A DNA stretch of 61,684 nt, filler included, from Chiloscyllium plagiosum (taxonomy: Eukaryota): assembly GCF_004010195.1 (NCBI RefSeq). It is 4 parts of one record of this genome, joined end to end, with 100 filler letters (N's around TTAATTAATTAA, not from the genome) between each part and the next. Parts side by side here need not be neighbours in the genome. Positions count along the whole stretch, not along the records: positions 57,962 to 61,684 come from NC_057717.1; 3 more parts are not named here. One strand, 5' to 3'. The notes below the pieces were generated by a model. That model searched no databases, was not told where the DNA came from, and was given only the letters and a program-made list of their open reading frames with translations. Shown piece after piece: positions 60,500 to 61,684 of this stretch. The position numbers were made by a program, and so were the translations under genes. Position 1 is the first letter of the stretch. Every line of letters starts with the position of its first letter.

Positions 60500-61490
60500 C
60501 TCTTCATCTGGGTTCATTACAGAGTTGTGATCTCCTACTTTCCCCCATAATGTTACACATTTCTTTTAGTCGCAATAATAATCCTCTTGAACATGTCCAT
60601 TGAACATCCATTTACAACACATCCAAGTGTATCCTCACTACTCACCAAGTGAAAAGGTTCTTATTTCTATCATATTTCTCCTGTTATACCGAGCTTGAAA
60701 TCTGTGCCCACTCATTTTTCCCTCCTTGTGTGAGTGGGTGCAGTTTTATCCAATCTAATCTATTCAGTCTGCCTATGAGTTTGAAAAACTGCATCCGTCT
60801 CCTCTTAGCCAACTTCACTTCGGTAAGAACAGTTGCAACATTTTCAGTCTGACTTCATAACTGATCTTACTCATTCCTGGAAATAGTCTTTTAGATCAGT
60901 TCTTCATCCTTTCCAATGTGTTCATATCAGTCCTATCATGTGACACCCAGGAATGTGTACAGTACTCCAGCTCAGGTCGAATGTGCTTGATGCAAATTCA
61001 ACATCACCTCCTTACTCTTGCACTATCAATATTTATTAAGACAGGAACACTGTATGCTTTGCCTATGTCTAATGTCCTACAAACTTCATTGATCTTTGCA
61101 CATCCTCTGCTCTTGCATTCCTGCCTATTTTATATTGTCTTTTAATATTCTTGTTGGAAATTTACATCGTCTCATATTTTAATGAGCCAATTCATCAATC
61201 ACCTCTCTACTCTTTCTAAGAATTTGGCGATGTAGGTTTAGAGCTCTATAATGTTTTCCTCACAGTTTACAATTTCTTTAAGTGCTGCATCAACTGTAAA
61301 TTTTGAATGGGTCCCTGCACCCCAGATGTACATAGTTCATGCATATCAAAATGAATGAGTTTCCCAAAACTGAATCCTGTGGAACTTTACTGAAAATCTT
61401 TCTCCAGCCTGAATTAAAAATCTAGTCACCATTCCTCTCGATTTCTTACCCATCAGTCAATTTTGATTCCAAATTGATACAATCCCTTTT
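60500..61490 (-). mobile_element. Degenerate CR1 fragment
   Basis: Reverse complement CGACCTGAGCTGGAGTACTGTACACATTCCTGG (RPELEYCxxFW) and CAGGATTCAGTTTTGGGA (QxSVLG). Confidence 0.75.
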
Positions 61491-61495
61491 ATTCC

Positions 61496-61515
61496 ATGAA
61501 TGAATGAATGAATGA
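61496..61515. repeat. (ATGA)n microsatellite, probably the tail of a minus-strand LINE remnant
   Basis: Five ATGA units. Confidence 0.7.
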
Positions 61516-61684
61516 TTTAATGTCACATATATCGAGGGAAACAACTGTGAAACACGTTTGTTGCCTGTGCCACAAAGATATTCCTCATCAATTTTGAACG
61601 TTTCTCGTGACAGTGTTTCCTCCTCTGTCACCGTGGCCTGGATGGGTTCGGCCACTTTGGTAAAGACAGAGATGAAGTATTCAT

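Overview
Eukaryotic, repeat-rich DNA with no intact host gene that I can recognise. The repeat content (HE1-type V-SINE, shark-type CR1 LINEs, Penelope-like elements) points to a cartilaginous fish; this is an inference. There are eight assembly gaps, three of which carry an artificial TTAATTAATTAA linker. The left 40 kb is a nested segmental-duplication complex: an old inverted repeat (arms ~5840-16537 and ~21265-40130), a younger inverted copy (1-4496 vs ~22733-30502) and several tandem duplications. The duplicated module carries decayed tRNA genes (His-GTG, Asp-GTC, Ser-GCT) and an ERV-like env-tail/PPT/LTR relic. A C2H2 zinc-finger pseudogene lies in the spacer. The right part holds three tRNA-Pro-like pseudogenes, two of them clearly showing an intron-like insertion after the anticodon and two lying in a second inverted duplication. 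At least three Penelope-like element (PLE) families are present, each with a minimal hammerhead-ribozyme (HHR) motif in its pseudo-LTR. Several PLE truncation, inversion and duplication breakpoints fall on the hammerhead itself. All alignments and reference comparisons were done by eye from recalled sequences, so boundaries of old repeats are approximate.
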